Below, in pieces: positions 47,803-59,864 of a stretch of 64,000 nucleotides of DNA. Under the pieces are notes generated by a model. That model saw only the letters and a program-made list of their open reading frames with translations. It made no database searches and was not told the origin of the DNA. Positions within the stretch are counted from its first letter, which is position 1, and every line of letters begins with the position of its first letter. This DNA is from Octopus sinensis. Its lineage: Eukaryota. A program made the translations under genes and the position numbers. The stretch is taken from NCBI RefSeq assembly GCF_006345805.1, contig NC_043013.1:52390001-52454000 (forward strand), in the 5' to 3' direction.

Positions 47803-47995
47803 CTGTGTGTGTGTGTGTGTGTCTGTGCTTATCTTCCAACCATTGCTTGACAACCGACGTTAGTGTATTTACGTCCCTAAAACTTAGCCTTCGGCAAAAG
47901 AGATCGATATAAGAATAAGTCCTGAGGTCGATTTCTTCGAAGAACGTGGTGCTCCAGCATGGTCGCAGTCAAATGGCTGAAACAAGTAAAACAAT
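47607..47995 (+). mobile_element. SINE family A, full length
   Basis: Head gcggctgtgtggtaagaagcttccttcccaatcacatgg through tail gctccagcatggtcgcagtcaaatggctgaaac. Confidence 0.92.
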
Positions 47996-48418
47996 AAAAG
48001 AATATATATATACAAACATACATACAAACATATATACATATGTATGGTGTGTGTGTATATATATATGTATATGTATGTGTGTGTATATACACACACTCAC
48101 ATATCTCTGTGTGTATCTGTGTGTATTCATGTGTGTGTAGTCGTTGAATATTTAATTGAAAGTGTTTAGTTTTCCTCCGAGAATAAAGATGCCTAAGTAA
48201 TGTTATACAGTAATTATACGCACCGTGACACCAGAAACGTTACATATGTATTAATGTACATACATTTGTATATATACTTACATATGTATACATAATATAA
48301 ATGTAGAAATATTAGCACCAACTTTTTGGGGACTGTATCCACATAAATACATTTGTACGTGCGTATGTGTGCCATTACCGAATATACAATTACTTCCAAC
48401 TAATTTTCGATGTTTGCG

Positions 48419-48459
<41 letters not shown>

Positions 48460-48667
48460 ATATATATATATATACATAATGTGTATGTATGTGTGTATAC
48501 ACACACAACACGAAATATTCATATGTATACAAATACACAGACGAACATTGAGTTTGTAACAGCGATCATCCTTTTAACAGTAATCTCACATATCCGTCAA
48601 ATAACTTTTCTTTTTCTTCAGCCATTTTGTCCCGCACTGAAAACTGTCAACCACCTATGTATATATA

Positions 48668-48715
<48 letters not shown>

Positions 48716-49384
48716 TATATGTATATATGTATGTATTGATGCTAATATTTCTATACGTACTCACGAATACGTATGTATATACATTAATACATACTTACAT
48801 ACGTAAGTACGTACGTACATACATATATACATATATACATACATATTTATACGTAGATATATGTATATATAAATATAAGGGTAGTTGAGTTTGAGGTTAA
48901 AATAACCGTCTAAGAGATAGAAGTATCCATTACACTACCGGTATATTACCTACATTTAACCCTGGGCAAACATATGCAAACATATTATGTCCATAAGTTA
49001 TAGGTAAAGACAAGGACGAACATGGGTTCATAAAGAATCAAAATTTAAAGAAAACAAAAAATGGAGGACAAATCGTGAACAACAATTGACTAACAAAAAT
49101 AAATATTTATTAATTCAAAGGAAATAGACCACATTACATCTGACAGCTGTGTCTGCTTCCAATGCTGTATGGTATTGCAATTAATATGCAAAAATATATA
49201 AAATATTAATCATATTTGGTAATAAAACCAATCTGAAACATGGAGCTTCATCAGAGTGAAGAATAAATAGGGAAGAAGAGTCGTTAAATGGGATGCAGTC
49301 TATTAGCATTGAATTAATAAGCGATAATTGATGTAAGTCAATTGTTGTTCATCAGTAGTTCTCCATTTTTCTGTTTTCTTTACT

Positions 49385-52170
49385 TGGCTCTTCGTTCCCT
49401 CCAACGGCGCGCTGACATTATCATCAAACCGGCTGACAAGGGTGGAGCTGTAGTGGTGTGGCGCGCGGACCTCTATAGGGCCGAGGCTTTCCGCCACTCA
49501 ATGACACCTCCTTCTATTCCCCCTCCTCCTCTGCCCTCTAACCCCACACGTAGCTACCAACAGACGGTATCCTCTACTGTCCAAGACATCATCTCGTCCT
49601 CCCGTCTCCCCCGCACCGCATCCAACCTAATTGTGCGAACCCCACGTACCCCCACCATTTACTTCCTCCCCAAAATCCACAAACCCAACAACCCTGCCGC
49701 CCCATCGTCTCCGCCTGTAACTGCCCCACGGAGCTCATCTCTAAATACCTCGACCGTGTCCTTGCCCCCCTAGTGGCAATCTCTTCCCTCCACATCCACG
49801 ATACCAACATGCTCTCCGGCTTTTCAACTCTTTCTCCTTTCCTCCCGGCTCCTCCAAAATCCTTTTTACTATGGACATCCAAAGCCTCTATACTGTTATC
49901 CCTCACCACGAAGGACTGCAGGCCTTCGACACTTTCTTGACCTCCGCTCTAACCCTGTACCTGACACCTCCACACTCATTCGTCTGGCCGAACTTGTCCT
50001 TACTCTGAACTGCTTCTCGTTCGCGGGCGAGTTCTACCATCAGGTCTCGGGAGTGGCCATGGGAACGCGAATGGGCCCCAACTATGCGAACCTGTTCGTT
50101 GGCTATGTTGAGGCCCAAATATTCTCTAATTTCACTGGTCCCACTCCTGAACTATATGGTCGTTATATTGACGACATTATCGGTGCCACCTCACTCTCCC
50201 GCGAACATCTATATTCCTTCCTCTCTTTCGTCCAATCTTTCCACCCAGCCCTCCACTTCACTTCCACTATCTCCAACACCTCTGTCTCCTCCTCCTTCCT
50301 CGACATTTCGGTTAGCATTCTTCACTCCACTCTTACCACCTCCATTCACTACAAACACAGACTCACACTCATACCTCAACTTCTCTTCCTCCCACCAAAC
50401 ACACCAAGCTTTCCATCCCCTATTCCCAATTCCTCCGTCTACGTAGGCTCTGTATTGACGACCATGACTTTGAGACTCAGTCTCAACGTATGGCTCACCA
50501 CTTCACCCTACGTGGATACCCCCTCACCACTATCTACACCGCCCTTGCCAGAGCACGGTCCGTGGACCGTGTATCTGCTCTCCTCCCCGAACCCGCCCTG
50601 TAGTCTCCCGCCTCCCTTTTCCCCTCACTTACCAGCCCACGACCCTACGTCTCCAACGCACCATTCTTCGAGCTTTCCGTCATCTCCAGTCCGACCCGTC
50701 CACTTTTCGCACCTCTTCCCTAACCGACCCCTCCCCTCTTTCAAACGAGCCCACAACCTTCGAGACCTTTTGGTCCATAGCTCCTTCCCTGACCCTACCA
50801 CCCCCCCAACCCGGCTCGTTCCCCTGCTCCCGCCCACGTTGCCGCACTTGCCCTTACCTCTCCACCACCACCACCCGCCTCACTAGCACCCACCATCGAC
50901 CCTATCCCATCATCTACTCCTTCACCTGCACCTCCAGCAATATTCTATTGCATCTCTTGCTCTCTCTGCAATTCCTTGTACATCGGACAAACGGGACGCC
51001 GCTTGGCTGACCGTTCGCGGAACACCTTCGTGACATCCACCTTGCGAACGACACACCGGTCTCACGCCATTTCCGCTCCACCGGTCACTCCTTGCAACAC
51101 CTATCTGTGTTCGGTTTGTCCTTACACAGAGGCCATCCGGATTCCCGTTTGCGCCGTGAACAGGAATTAATCTTCTCTCTTCGCTCTTATACGCCATTTG
51201 GTCTCAACTCTCCCCCCCTCCTCATCTAACCCCCCTCCCCCCCCTCTAACCTATCCTTTCTCTCCCCCCCCCCCGACCCCTACTTCTTCAGTCCTTCATC
51301 CTTTCACCCCTACTTTTTCCCCCTTCCATTCTTCCCTCTTTCTCCCTCCCTCTTTTCCCCTTCCCTCTTCCCCTTCTCTCTGCTCCCTCTCTCCACTTCC
51401 TTCTCCCCCATCCTCTCCTCTTCCCCCTTCTCCTCCCCCCTTCTTCCCCTCCCCTTCTCTCCCCCCTCTTATCCCCTCCCCCTCTTCTCCTCACTACAAC
51501 CCACATGACTTTACACATCACATCACATATGATGTGCCATACTAATACACACACCAACTAATACATACTAATACGTACTATACATACTAGTACATACTAA
51601 TACTTCACCACACCCTATACATACACACGTCCAGACCCCGCATACGCACTTATACTCTCCTCACACACACACACTATACATACCAATACGTACTAATACA
51701 TACTAATACATACTAATACATACACCAACCCCATACATACGCACGTCCAGACCAATCCTACGAAATAATACTCTCTCATACACACACACCACACACACCA
51801 CCCTTATACATACTAATACATACACCAACCCTATACATACACACATCCAGACCCCTCCCACGCACTTTTAGCTGGTCCCTCAACCCTTTTATCAACCCTA
51901 TTATCTCCCCTTATTTCGCTCTCGCGTCTCATGTTTGATCTTTGACCTCTGGCCGAAATCAGATCGCCATGTTGATTCGTTAGCTACTGCACGCATTTTT
52001 TTTCTCTCCTTCTTTCTGTGTTTTTCTCTCTCTGTGTATCTTTCTGTTGAAGAGCGTAGGCTCGAAACGTTAAAGACTTGTTTTATTTATATTTCCTGAG
52101 CGCCATACTAATACAATTGTTCGTTTGTTTTCCACCTGCCTTCGTCTTTTGTTTATTTTCATAAAGCTTC
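49385..52170 (+). mobile_element. 5'-truncated Penelope-like retroelement: RT, GIY-YIG, long 3' region and terminal repeat; frameshifted
   Basis: IIKPADKGGAVVV, YFLPKIHK, MDIQSLYT, GVAMGTRMGPNYANLF and YIDD (50164-50175), FLDISV. GIY-YIG: FTCTSSN...LYIGQTGRRL...HF...REQELIFSL...GLN. Then pyrimidine-rich (51210-51495) and catactaata-repeat (51540-51860) segments. Confidence 0.96.
52039..52076 (+). ncRNA. Minimal hammerhead ribozyme motif with an A6U core variant
   Basis: TCTTT-CTGTTGA-A-GAGC-GTAG-GCTC-GAAA-CG-TT-AAAGA: 5-bp stem I and 4-bp stem II, at the PLE 3' terminus. Confidence 0.6.
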
Positions 52171-52187
52171 CCGTTATATATATATAT

Positions 52188-52906
52188 AATTAAAAATGAG
52201 GGTGTCTGAGAGACACCACCATGCCGAAATAGCAGTCGAAACCCTGACTATAAAAACCACGTTAAATGTTCATATCGTACCATGAGATAAGACAGAGGGA
52301 CAAAATAGACTAGCACCCTCATTTTTAATTGTAAAAGATTATTACCTTTGTACGGTATTTTTTCCCATGCTGGCCACTTGATAATATCGATATTTAAATA
52401 TCGATATTATCCTCATTTATAAATTCATATAATTCGTTATTATATTCACTGCGGTGTTTATTTTAACCATATCGTGCTTATGGGGTGTTTTGGCGGGCAA
52501 TTTAACTGGCCTTGTGCATACGTACATATATATGTATGTATGGAGGTTCGTATATGTAAGTATATCGTTTGTTCTGCATATATATATATCTGTATTTATG
52601 TACCCTTGATATATTCAACTGATGACGGCAAAGCTTATTTAAAGCAGAGCTAGAAATCCTGGATCTTGAATTATTCAATAACTTTTGCTTGTCTATTTTG
52701 TCCCTCTGTCTTATCTCATGGTACGATATGAACATTTAACGTGTTTTTTATAGTCAGGGTTTCGACTGCTATTTCGGCATTGTGGTGTCTCTCAGACACC
52801 CTCATTTTTAATTGTAAAAGATTATTACCTTTGTACGGTATTTTTCCCATGCTGGCCACTTGATAATATCGATATTTAAATATCGATATTATCCTCATTT
52901 ATAAAT
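52188..52906. repeat. Combined inverted and direct repeat, probably a second PLE terminal structure
   Basis: A (52188-52310) is inverted at 52691-52813; B (52314-52424) is repeated directly at 52797-52906. B contains a perfect 32-bp palindrome (52380-52411). Confidence 0.9.
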
Positions 52907-53165
52907 GTATTTAATGTATGTGTGCATGTACGTATATAGGCACGTAGAATAAGCAGAGAAGAACGAGGAGAAGTTAGCGCTAAGATAATGTATGTCAAGA
53001 AGAGACATCAAATTATCCTTCTTGATTAAAAACAAGACTAGAGAAATCTACCACATAAAAATATGGGAAATGGAGAAAATTAATAAAATAACAAGATAGA
53101 AATAATGACTATGTTTTATTATTAATTATATTATTATTATATTATTATTAATTATTATTATTATT

Positions 53166-54060
53166 CAGTAGTTTATTTTTATAGCGTGCTTTCACTTCAC
53201 TACCGAGCGCAGCTCTGTGTGCCTTGGGTATGTTGCTGTGATTTGTTGTGATGCTCTGATGGTTATTGTATGGAAAGTGTTCTGCGTAGGATGTGTGCAG
53301 TGCCTAGTAGTGCAATTTTCTGTATGTTATATGTGTTTGTAAGTCCTGGTGTTTTTGTTATGTATTTGTCTGAATTTTTTTATCATGCCTAATGCACCTA
53401 CTATGATAGGAATTGTTTCTTCTGTTTCAGACTCCACATTCTAGTTACCTCTATTTCCAGGTCTTTGTATTTTGAGAGTTTCTCCATTTCTTTTAGAGAC
53501 ACGTTGTCATCAGCCGGTATTGATACATCATTAGAAAGCATTTTTTTTCTTCATGATCTCTGACAACTATATCTGGTCTGTTGGCCTTAATTTCTCTATC
53601 TGTGTGTATCGCATATCCCAAGTATGGTTGCTTTCTCGTTTTCTGTGACCTTTTCTGGTGTGTGCCTATACCATCTCTTTTCTGTTGTTATTCCATAATG
53701 ATGGCATAGCTTCCAATGTATGTAGGTTCCAACTCTGTCATGTCTGTGAATATATTCCTTCTTAGTAGCCAGACTGGGCAGCTAGAGATAATATGATTTA
53801 TTGTTCTTGTCCATCTCCACATATTCTGCAGTTACTTGTAATATTTCTTTTCATTACATGTTTTTGGTAATTTCTGGTGGGGAGGCTTTGGTCTTGTGCT
53901 GCAATTAAAAATCCCTCTTTTTCCTGCTTTGAGTCCTGAGCTTCTCAACCATTGCTGGGATTTTTCTTTGTCTATTTCTTTGCGTTTAGTTTAGTCCAGG
54001 ATTTACCATGAAGGGGTTTTTCTCTTGCCATCGTTTTATCATGGCTCGTTGCTGTTCCAT
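53166..54060 (-). mobile_element. 5'-truncated R4/Dong-type RLE retrotransposon in (AAT)n
   Basis: RWQEK-PLHGK...LIAAQDQSLPTRNY...CRICGDGQE-INHIISSC...HRHDRVG...NRPDIVV...DVSIPADDNV...KLSKYKDLEIE...PIIVGALG...IQKIALLGTAHILRRTL*; 3' UTR then (AAT)n; (AAT)n also at the 5' junction. Confidence 0.95.
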
Positions 54061-54101
54061 TTTTTTAAATTTTTTTTTTTTTATTGTTATTATTGTTATT
54101 A

Positions 54102-54163
<62 letters not shown>

Positions 54164-54201
54164 TTTTATTATTATTATTATTGTTATTGCTATTATTAAA
54201 A

Positions 54202-54400
54202 AGGCGGCGAGCTGTCAGAATCGTTAGCATGCCGGGCAAAATGCTTGGCAACATTTCGTTCGTCGCTACGTTCTGAGTTCAAATTTCGCCGAGGTCGACT
54301 TTGACATTCATCCTTTCGGGATCGTTAAAATAAGTGCCACTTGAGCACTGGGGTCGAGGTGATCGACTGACCCCCTCCTCCGAAATTTCAAGCCTTGTCT
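54202..54400 (+). mobile_element. SINE family B, full length
   Basis: aggcggcgagctgtcagaatcgttagcatgccgggc...gttctgagttcaaatttcgccgaggtcgac... Confidence 0.92.
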
Positions 54401-54479
54401 CAAGGCTCTGTAGTCTCATTTTATTCAACACATACACGCTTACACTCGGCCCATGTTAGACACCTCACTCATACTATTA

Positions 54480-54565
54480 TCGAACCAGGAGTCTAACAGC
54501 AGTCCTTCCGCAGCACTTATATAGCCTTAATTGCCTTCTGGGTCTTTTGGATACCAAAACCTCTC

Positions 54566-54612
<47 letters not shown>

Positions 54613-54860
54613 TATATATATATATCTATATATATATATATACACTTTCGCTCAATAAACACTCACAAAACGTCCGGTCTAGGAATCGAAACGCGATCCT
54701 ACAACCACGAGTCCGCTGCCTAACCACTAGGTCATTGCACCCCACCCCACCACAACACGCTTAGCCAGCGGGGTGGCGTCAGTTTGAAGGCTAAAACAAT
54801 GCGAAGCGCATTGTGACCAGTGATTTGTAGCAACATCTGATAGCCTGGTCGGTCACGGTG
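54480..54860. mobile_element. Family-C-related SINE pieces
   Basis: Minus-strand tRNA-like head (ggaatcgaaac...ccctaaccacta at 54680-54730); remainder assigned only by resemblance. Confidence 0.55.
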
Positions 54861-54881
54861 AATATGTATATCTATCTATCT

Positions 54882-54929
<48 letters not shown>

Positions 54930-55031
54930 GCATCTATCTACTATCCATCTATCCATCTATCTATCTATCTATCTATCTATCTAATATATATATATATATA
55001 TATGGATTATATATGGATATATATATATATA

Positions 55032-55098
<67 letters not shown>

Positions 55099-55569
55099 TT
55101 ATGTGTGTATATGTTTTCCCCAGCGCTTATGCGTGTGAGTCAGTGTGTGTGCGAGCACCCCAGCGCGCGTGCGCAGCGTAACTTCTGTCAGCCATTATTG
55201 ATATATACATAACTTCAAAAATGTCACTTAAAATATTTCGTATAAAGTTTCTGGCATGAAACGTAAACAACACAGACAGACAAACAGACAGACACATACA
55301 CTCACTCACTCACACACACGCGCGCACGCATATTGCCACACACACACACACACACATACACATACACGTATATTTATCCACACACAGCTACATCTATATA
55401 CACGCACGTGCATATATGCATACATACGTATATCCCTAACTGTCTGTCTGTGTTCCTATCTATCTATAAACACACACACAACACACCATATGCTTTTAAT
55501 GCTGCTTTGTGTATTCAATTTCTGATTCATTCTGTAGATCAAGTCGGTTTTATATCATTGCTGTATGTA

Positions 55570-56500
55570 TGGTTCTAAGTTTGTTCTGTTTCTCTTTTTC
55601 ATTTAAAGTAAATTTTGACCGGCCGCGTACTTCATAGCAACGTTTTGAAGGAAAGCGTCTGGTTTAAACCGTTCATTCTTTAAATCAATGGTTCCCAAAA
55701 TAAGTGGTATTGCCCCCCTGGAAAGTTCCAAGAGGGTGTTGAAGAAAAGTGGGTAGATAATAGGGTAGCGATTCATGTAAAAGTTGGCGCTGTAATAGGG
55801 TGACAATTCCTGAAAAAACAACAAAATAAAGTTTTATATGTGAAATATGGTTGCTTTGAATTTGCTTCAGAAAGGGATTTTTGATGGTTAGTTGGGATGG
55901 GGGCGCTAGGAGTGTGACCCTGAATGTCAAGGGGTCGGCAGCCTGGAAAAGTTTGGGAGACACTGCTTGAAATCTTAAGTAAGTCTTGCAGATTTTTATA
56001 GTCCTAGATATCGCGATCATTTGGACGTATGAATGAAAGATTTCCATTCTCTCTCCAAAAGCATAAACTCAGCCATAGTTTGCTCCAGACGGGTTGGAAT
56101 ATATCCTGTTGCTTCAATAATGATAGGTATGAAACTGAAAGTGTATCTTGGACACTGGATTTGCAGACTCCTTATCAATTGTCTACAGATGTCCTCTTTC
56201 TTCTGTGTTCTTCGAACCACATTAGTGTCGACAGATCAGCTGATTTCAACAACAGAACATATCTTTTCCTTGCTGTCCCAAATATCAATATCTGACCGGT
56301 TTTAACTTGGGGGCTGCTTTAATTTTTAATTTCCACTGATTTTCTTTTGTCTCATCGGTCTCAATACTGTCAACTTCCTCTTCGTCTGTAGGTGTTTTCT
56401 TTTTTCCTATCCTGTTCCATACTGTTCTGGACACTGCATCATTTCTTGCCAATAGAGAAAGAGCCGGTTTCTCACCTAGATCCAAGGCTCCTTCATTGGA
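55570..56500 (-). mobile_element. Decayed RLE retrotransposon (CATA-associated clade) interrupted by a hAT MITE
   Basis: RNDAVSRTVWN...DIWDSKEK...RQLIRSLQIQCPRYTFSFIPIIIEATG...IAISRTIKICKTYLRFQ|E*. Removing the MITE restores the stop codon and a 3' UTR ending at catacatac. Confidence 0.8.
55686..55965. mobile_element. hAT/Charlie-type MITE, 280 bp
   Basis: TIRs CAATGGTTCCCAAA / TTTGGGAGACACTG; 8-bp TSD ctttaaat (55678-55685) / cttgaaat (55966-55973). Confidence 0.88.
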
Positions 56501-56594
56501 ATTTCAACAACAACAACAGGGTATTTTTGTATGTATGTATGTATGTATGTATGTATGTATGTATGTATGTATGTATGTATGTATGTATGTATGT

Positions 56595-56982
56595 ATGTAT
56601 GTATGTATGTATGTCTTCTCATGCATATAGTTGCATATCTAGACATGCTCATATATATTTAAATGATAAACTTCTAGAAAGTTTTACAGATTTTTACAGT
56701 TCCAGTGATAGATTGGATATTTAGTCTTCGGATTATCTTTCTCCTCTCTGGTTTTGAGAAGCCTAATTTCTCAAGATTGGTATTTAGGCAGTGTGTTACA
56801 TATCATAGGGCCCCAATAATTACAGGTATAAACCTGAACTTGTAGTCTGGATAGAGTAGCTGCATATGGTTCAATAGTTCTCTTCAGCTTTATGTTAACA
56901 TCCGCTGGACAGTTAATTTCCACAACTGTGCACAGTTTCTCTTCTTTATCCCAAATCATCATATCAGGTTTGTTCTGCTTAC
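56595..56982 (-). mobile_element. 5'-truncated RLE retrotransposon (CATA-associated family)
   Basis: KQNKPDMMIWDKEEKLCTVVEINCPADVNI...[19 protein letters not shown]; the 3' UTR gatatgcaactatatgcatgagaa is identical to 9100-9123. (TATG)n on both sides. Confidence 0.9.
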
Positions 56983-57456
56983 ATGTATGTATGTATGTAT
57001 GTATGTATGTATGTATGTATGTATGTATGTATGAATGTATGTATGTATGTATGTATGTATGTATGTATGTATGTATGTATGAATGTATGTATGTATGTAT
57101 GTATGTATGTATGAATGTATGTATGTATGTATGTATGTATGTATGTATGTATGTATGTATGTATGAATGTATGTATGTATGTATGTATGTATGTATGTAT
57201 GTATGTATGTATGTATGTATGTATGAATGCATGTATGTATGTATGTATGTATGTATGTATGTATGTATGAATGTACAATCATTTTTCCCACTTTTGGACA
57301 AGGATTTTTCTGTTAATATTATCTTTACCATTATGATAATTTTAGGCACAATGATACAAAAATCATCCTCTCACAAAATTATTTATATTTCAATGTGAAG
57401 GATTTAATGGACGTTAGATTCAAGTTAGCTTAGTATCCCGTACTGTTTTCTTCATC

Positions 57457-57487
<31 letters not shown>

Positions 57488-57527
57488 GTTATTGTTGTTG
57501 TTGTTGTTGTTGTTATTATTACTATTA

Positions 57528-57559
<32 letters not shown>

Positions 57560-57780
57560 GTTATTGTTGTTGTTGTTGTTATTATATGTTTGACTTTCGC
57601 TTTGCATTCGTACAAGCTGACTCCAAGTATCTCTCAGAGACTTCAAGAGATAAAAAGCTATTATCATTATTTCTTTTTTTAGGAATATTTTTTATTCTGC
57701 CATTTGTATTCATCTTTATTCGATAACACAAAATGACCGTTGAAATCTATTTAATCTATCTATCTATCTATCTATCTATC

Positions 57781-57839
<59 letters not shown>

Positions 57840-57880
57840 CATCTATCTGTCCGTCCGTCCGTCTGTCTGTCTATGCGTCC

Positions 57881-57974
<94 letters not shown>

Positions 57975-58014
57975 TTAATACATACGTGCATACTGTTGTT
58001 AACTTATCCGATTA

Positions 58015-59187
58015 TCTATATATATGTTTATATATATAAAACTGAGAATGTGTGTCTGTCTGTCTGTCTGTCTGTGTGTTTCCCTAAAACTTGAGAACTA
58101 CATAACCAATTTCATTCAAATTTTACACATGCCTTACTTAGGGTCCGGGGAGTGTCATCGGGAAAAAATTTTAAAAAAATGTTTGCCTAGGAATCTTCTC
58201 CACTACGATTCCCTAAAACTTGAGAACTACCCAACCAATTTCATTCAAATTTTACACATGCCTTACTCAGGGTCCATGTAGTTTCATGGGCAAAAAAAAT
58301 GTTCAACTTCTTGCCTAGAGCGAGCCCATAGCAATATCATATCTTCTCCACTATTTCAGTATTACGTGTTAAAAGTGAAACAAAAATATTTCTCTATTTT
58401 ATGTCAGGTGCTTTCACTTCAACAATAAAAATAATAATAACAATTGAATTATATGTAGTAAGTAATAATTAAAATCAAACTAAAGTATATATAATCGTAA
58501 CATAACAAAAGTAAAAATAGCAATTGGTATAAAATTGCATCATGATTTGAACTTGATAAGTAGTTTCACATGAATGGAATAAATTAAAAATAAAATTAGC
58601 GTGCAGAAATGGAATAGTCCAGATGGATAAATAAAATTAAATTAAAGAAAAGACTATTGTCTATAAAGTATACATGTAGAGAAAAAAGATTTGAACACAT
58701 GGAGGAAAGCACCTTCGAAAAGTGTCTTGGTGCGACTATGAAAGATATCTAATCAGAGGCGGTAAAGTCGCCACAATAGAAGCAAGGTTCGAGTCAACGG
58801 AACGTGCAAGGGAGTACTCAACTCGAACTTGCAAAGTGGAAATATTTTATTTTTACCTTTATATCTGGGGCGTAGGACGTCCCGGAAAAAAATTTTAAAT
58901 GCCCCCCCCACCCACCCAAGTAGAGGTAGGCTGGATTGTAGCCACACTTCTATACAAAAGAGAGGACAAGATACAAGTGATCGAAATTACAAGAGACGGG
59001 CTAAAAATTCCAGTCTGTTATATATTTTGAGTATTGTTATCACTAGCGATATCAAGATATAACTTTGTATTTTGCATTTTATGGGTAGATGTATATATAT
59101 AGATGTACATGTATATGTACACATATATATACACATATATACATGCACTAGCACTATGAACCCGGCAACGACGGGTCTTTAATGCTA

Positions 59188-59188
<1 letters not shown>
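58015..59188 (+). mobile_element. Non-autonomous Helitron-like element, ~1.17 kb, with internal duplication and a Tx1 ORF1 fragment
   Basis: A|TCTATATA...TATATAAAACTGAG plus (GTCT)n at the 5' end; 58080-58145 repeated at 58210-58275; 3' hairpin cccggcaacgacggg then CTAG|T. Confidence 0.75.
58645..58960 (+). pseudogene. Tx1 ORF1 homologous fragment
   Basis: KTIVYKVY/EKRFEHMEESTFEKCLGA/GGKVATIEARFESTERAREYS/LPLYLGRRTSRKKILNAPP aligns colinearly with ORF1 at 35230-35510 (RTVVFKTY, IEKCLAS, GTVEARFE, LPTYMGRRTAR, MPP). Confidence 0.8.
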
Positions 59189-59224
<36 letters not shown>

Positions 59225-59367
59225 TATATATATAATATAATATATATATATAAATATATATATATAATATATATATAATAATATTATATATATATATATT
59301 ATATATATATTATATATATATATATATGATATATATATGTATGTATGTATATATGTATGTATGTATT

Positions 59368-59745
59368 CTCTTGAAAAACGCCGCCGCCGTAGTGATCTCA
59401 TTCTCGCCCACAACATCATAAGCGGAAAGTGTAACCTCTCGAAAGAGCTGTTCTTCACTCTGCTCCAGAGCGTCGGCTGCGGGGTCATTCCGAAAAGCTC
59501 TACCTGCGACGATTTCATCTCAATCGAAGGAGAGGAGCTTTCTCCGTCCGGGTTGCGGATCCGTGGAACAAGCTGCCAGACGAGATGGTGAAGATGTCGA
59601 CGACCGCTTTGTTCAAAGCCTCCCTGGACCTCAAGTGGCCTGAACTCTTTTCATGAACACCACCCTGTACTTAACTCCATGTCCCCCTACATGGCCTTGC
59701 TATTTGCTTTTGAGCCAAATTAACTAACTAACTAACTAACTAACA
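59368..59745 (+). mobile_element. 5'-truncated CR1-type LINE 3' end with (TAAC)n tail
   Basis: [18 protein letters not shown].../LRGHSEKL...[22 protein letters not shown]...FKASLD; tail (taac)n. Confidence 0.9.
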
Positions 59746-59864
59746 TGTATGTATGTATGTATGTGTATGCATTATATATTTACATATATGTATATATATG
59801 TATGCATGTATGTATATATACATACATATATACATACATACGTATTTATGTGAGTGTGGAGTGG

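Noticed and set aside
49130-49258. Possible hammerhead on the minus strand (CTGATGAAGCTCC...ACAGCTGTC)
   Set aside because: GAAA is absent, stem I has only 2 bp and the insert is ~90 nt; probably a decayed PLE terminus but not callable.
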